A DNA stretch of 64,000 bases, from contig NC_058369.1 of assembly GCF_018350175.1 (NCBI RefSeq), forward strand, positions 15,316,001 through 15,380,000, read 5' to 3'. Within the stretch, counting starts at the first letter, position 1; every line of letters begins with the position of its first letter. Of this stretch, positions 63,741 through 64,000 are shown in pieces. The notes beneath the pieces are model-generated. The model ran no database searches. It worked only from the letters and a program-made list of their open reading frames with translations, and was not told the origin of the DNA. The position numbers and the translations under genes were made by a program. Source of the DNA: Felis catus (Eukaryota).

Positions 63741-63856
63741 GAATTCCCAGCACCAGCCCAGAGGACGCCAGCTTAGCCCAAACCCTGGGCCTCCCCTACT
63801 CCGAAGTCATCGAGACTTTGCCGGATGGCACAGAGAGACTCCGCAGCTCTGCTGAG
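63741..63856 (+). CDS. LARS2: LARS2 internal coding exon (116 nt, phase 1-0; about exon 12)
   Basis: cttcttccccttctgaatag| ... |gtgggt. (G)[38 protein letters not shown]. Confidence 0.96.
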
Positions 63857-64000
63857 GTGGGTTCCCCGTGGCGCGGGCCTGACAGCTTCTCAGATCATGA
63901 CCTTGGCCTGGGATCTGATGAGCTGTTTTCCTTCAGGTGCAGATTACAACCTGCCATTTCACTCATCCCTACACCTAATGGTCTTGCAGCCTCGTTTCTT

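Overview
This is mammalian genomic DNA, most likely from a felid: it is saturated with tRNA-derived Can-SINEs of feline type and carries a carnivore-type L1. The whole window lies inside one gene, LARS2 (mitochondrial leucyl-tRNA synthetase), on the + strand. Six internal coding exons (90, 144, 108, 160, 105 and 116 nt, all with GT-AG boundaries) splice into one open frame of 723 nt (241 aa). From memory these are human exons 7-12 (about residues 173-413), covering the ZN1/CP1 region. Neither the start nor the end of the gene is in the window. The introns hold more than 50 Can-SINEs, a 4.6-kb antisense L1 with nested SINEs, older L1M/L2/MIR fragments, MaLR/LTR33-like LTRs and DNA-transposon fossils (Charlie1, MER3/33, MER20, Tigger2). 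I see no novel gene system. The most interesting unexplained structures are (1) a ~710-bp tandem duplication whose junction is a chimeric SINE, (2) a templated insertion inside one copy of it, (3) a non-SINE 72-bp inverted repeat with a palindromic core enclosing ~1 kb, and (4) a SINE that appears to carry a 3'-transduced L1-like tag. Repeat family names are recognised by eye and repeat boundaries are approximate.
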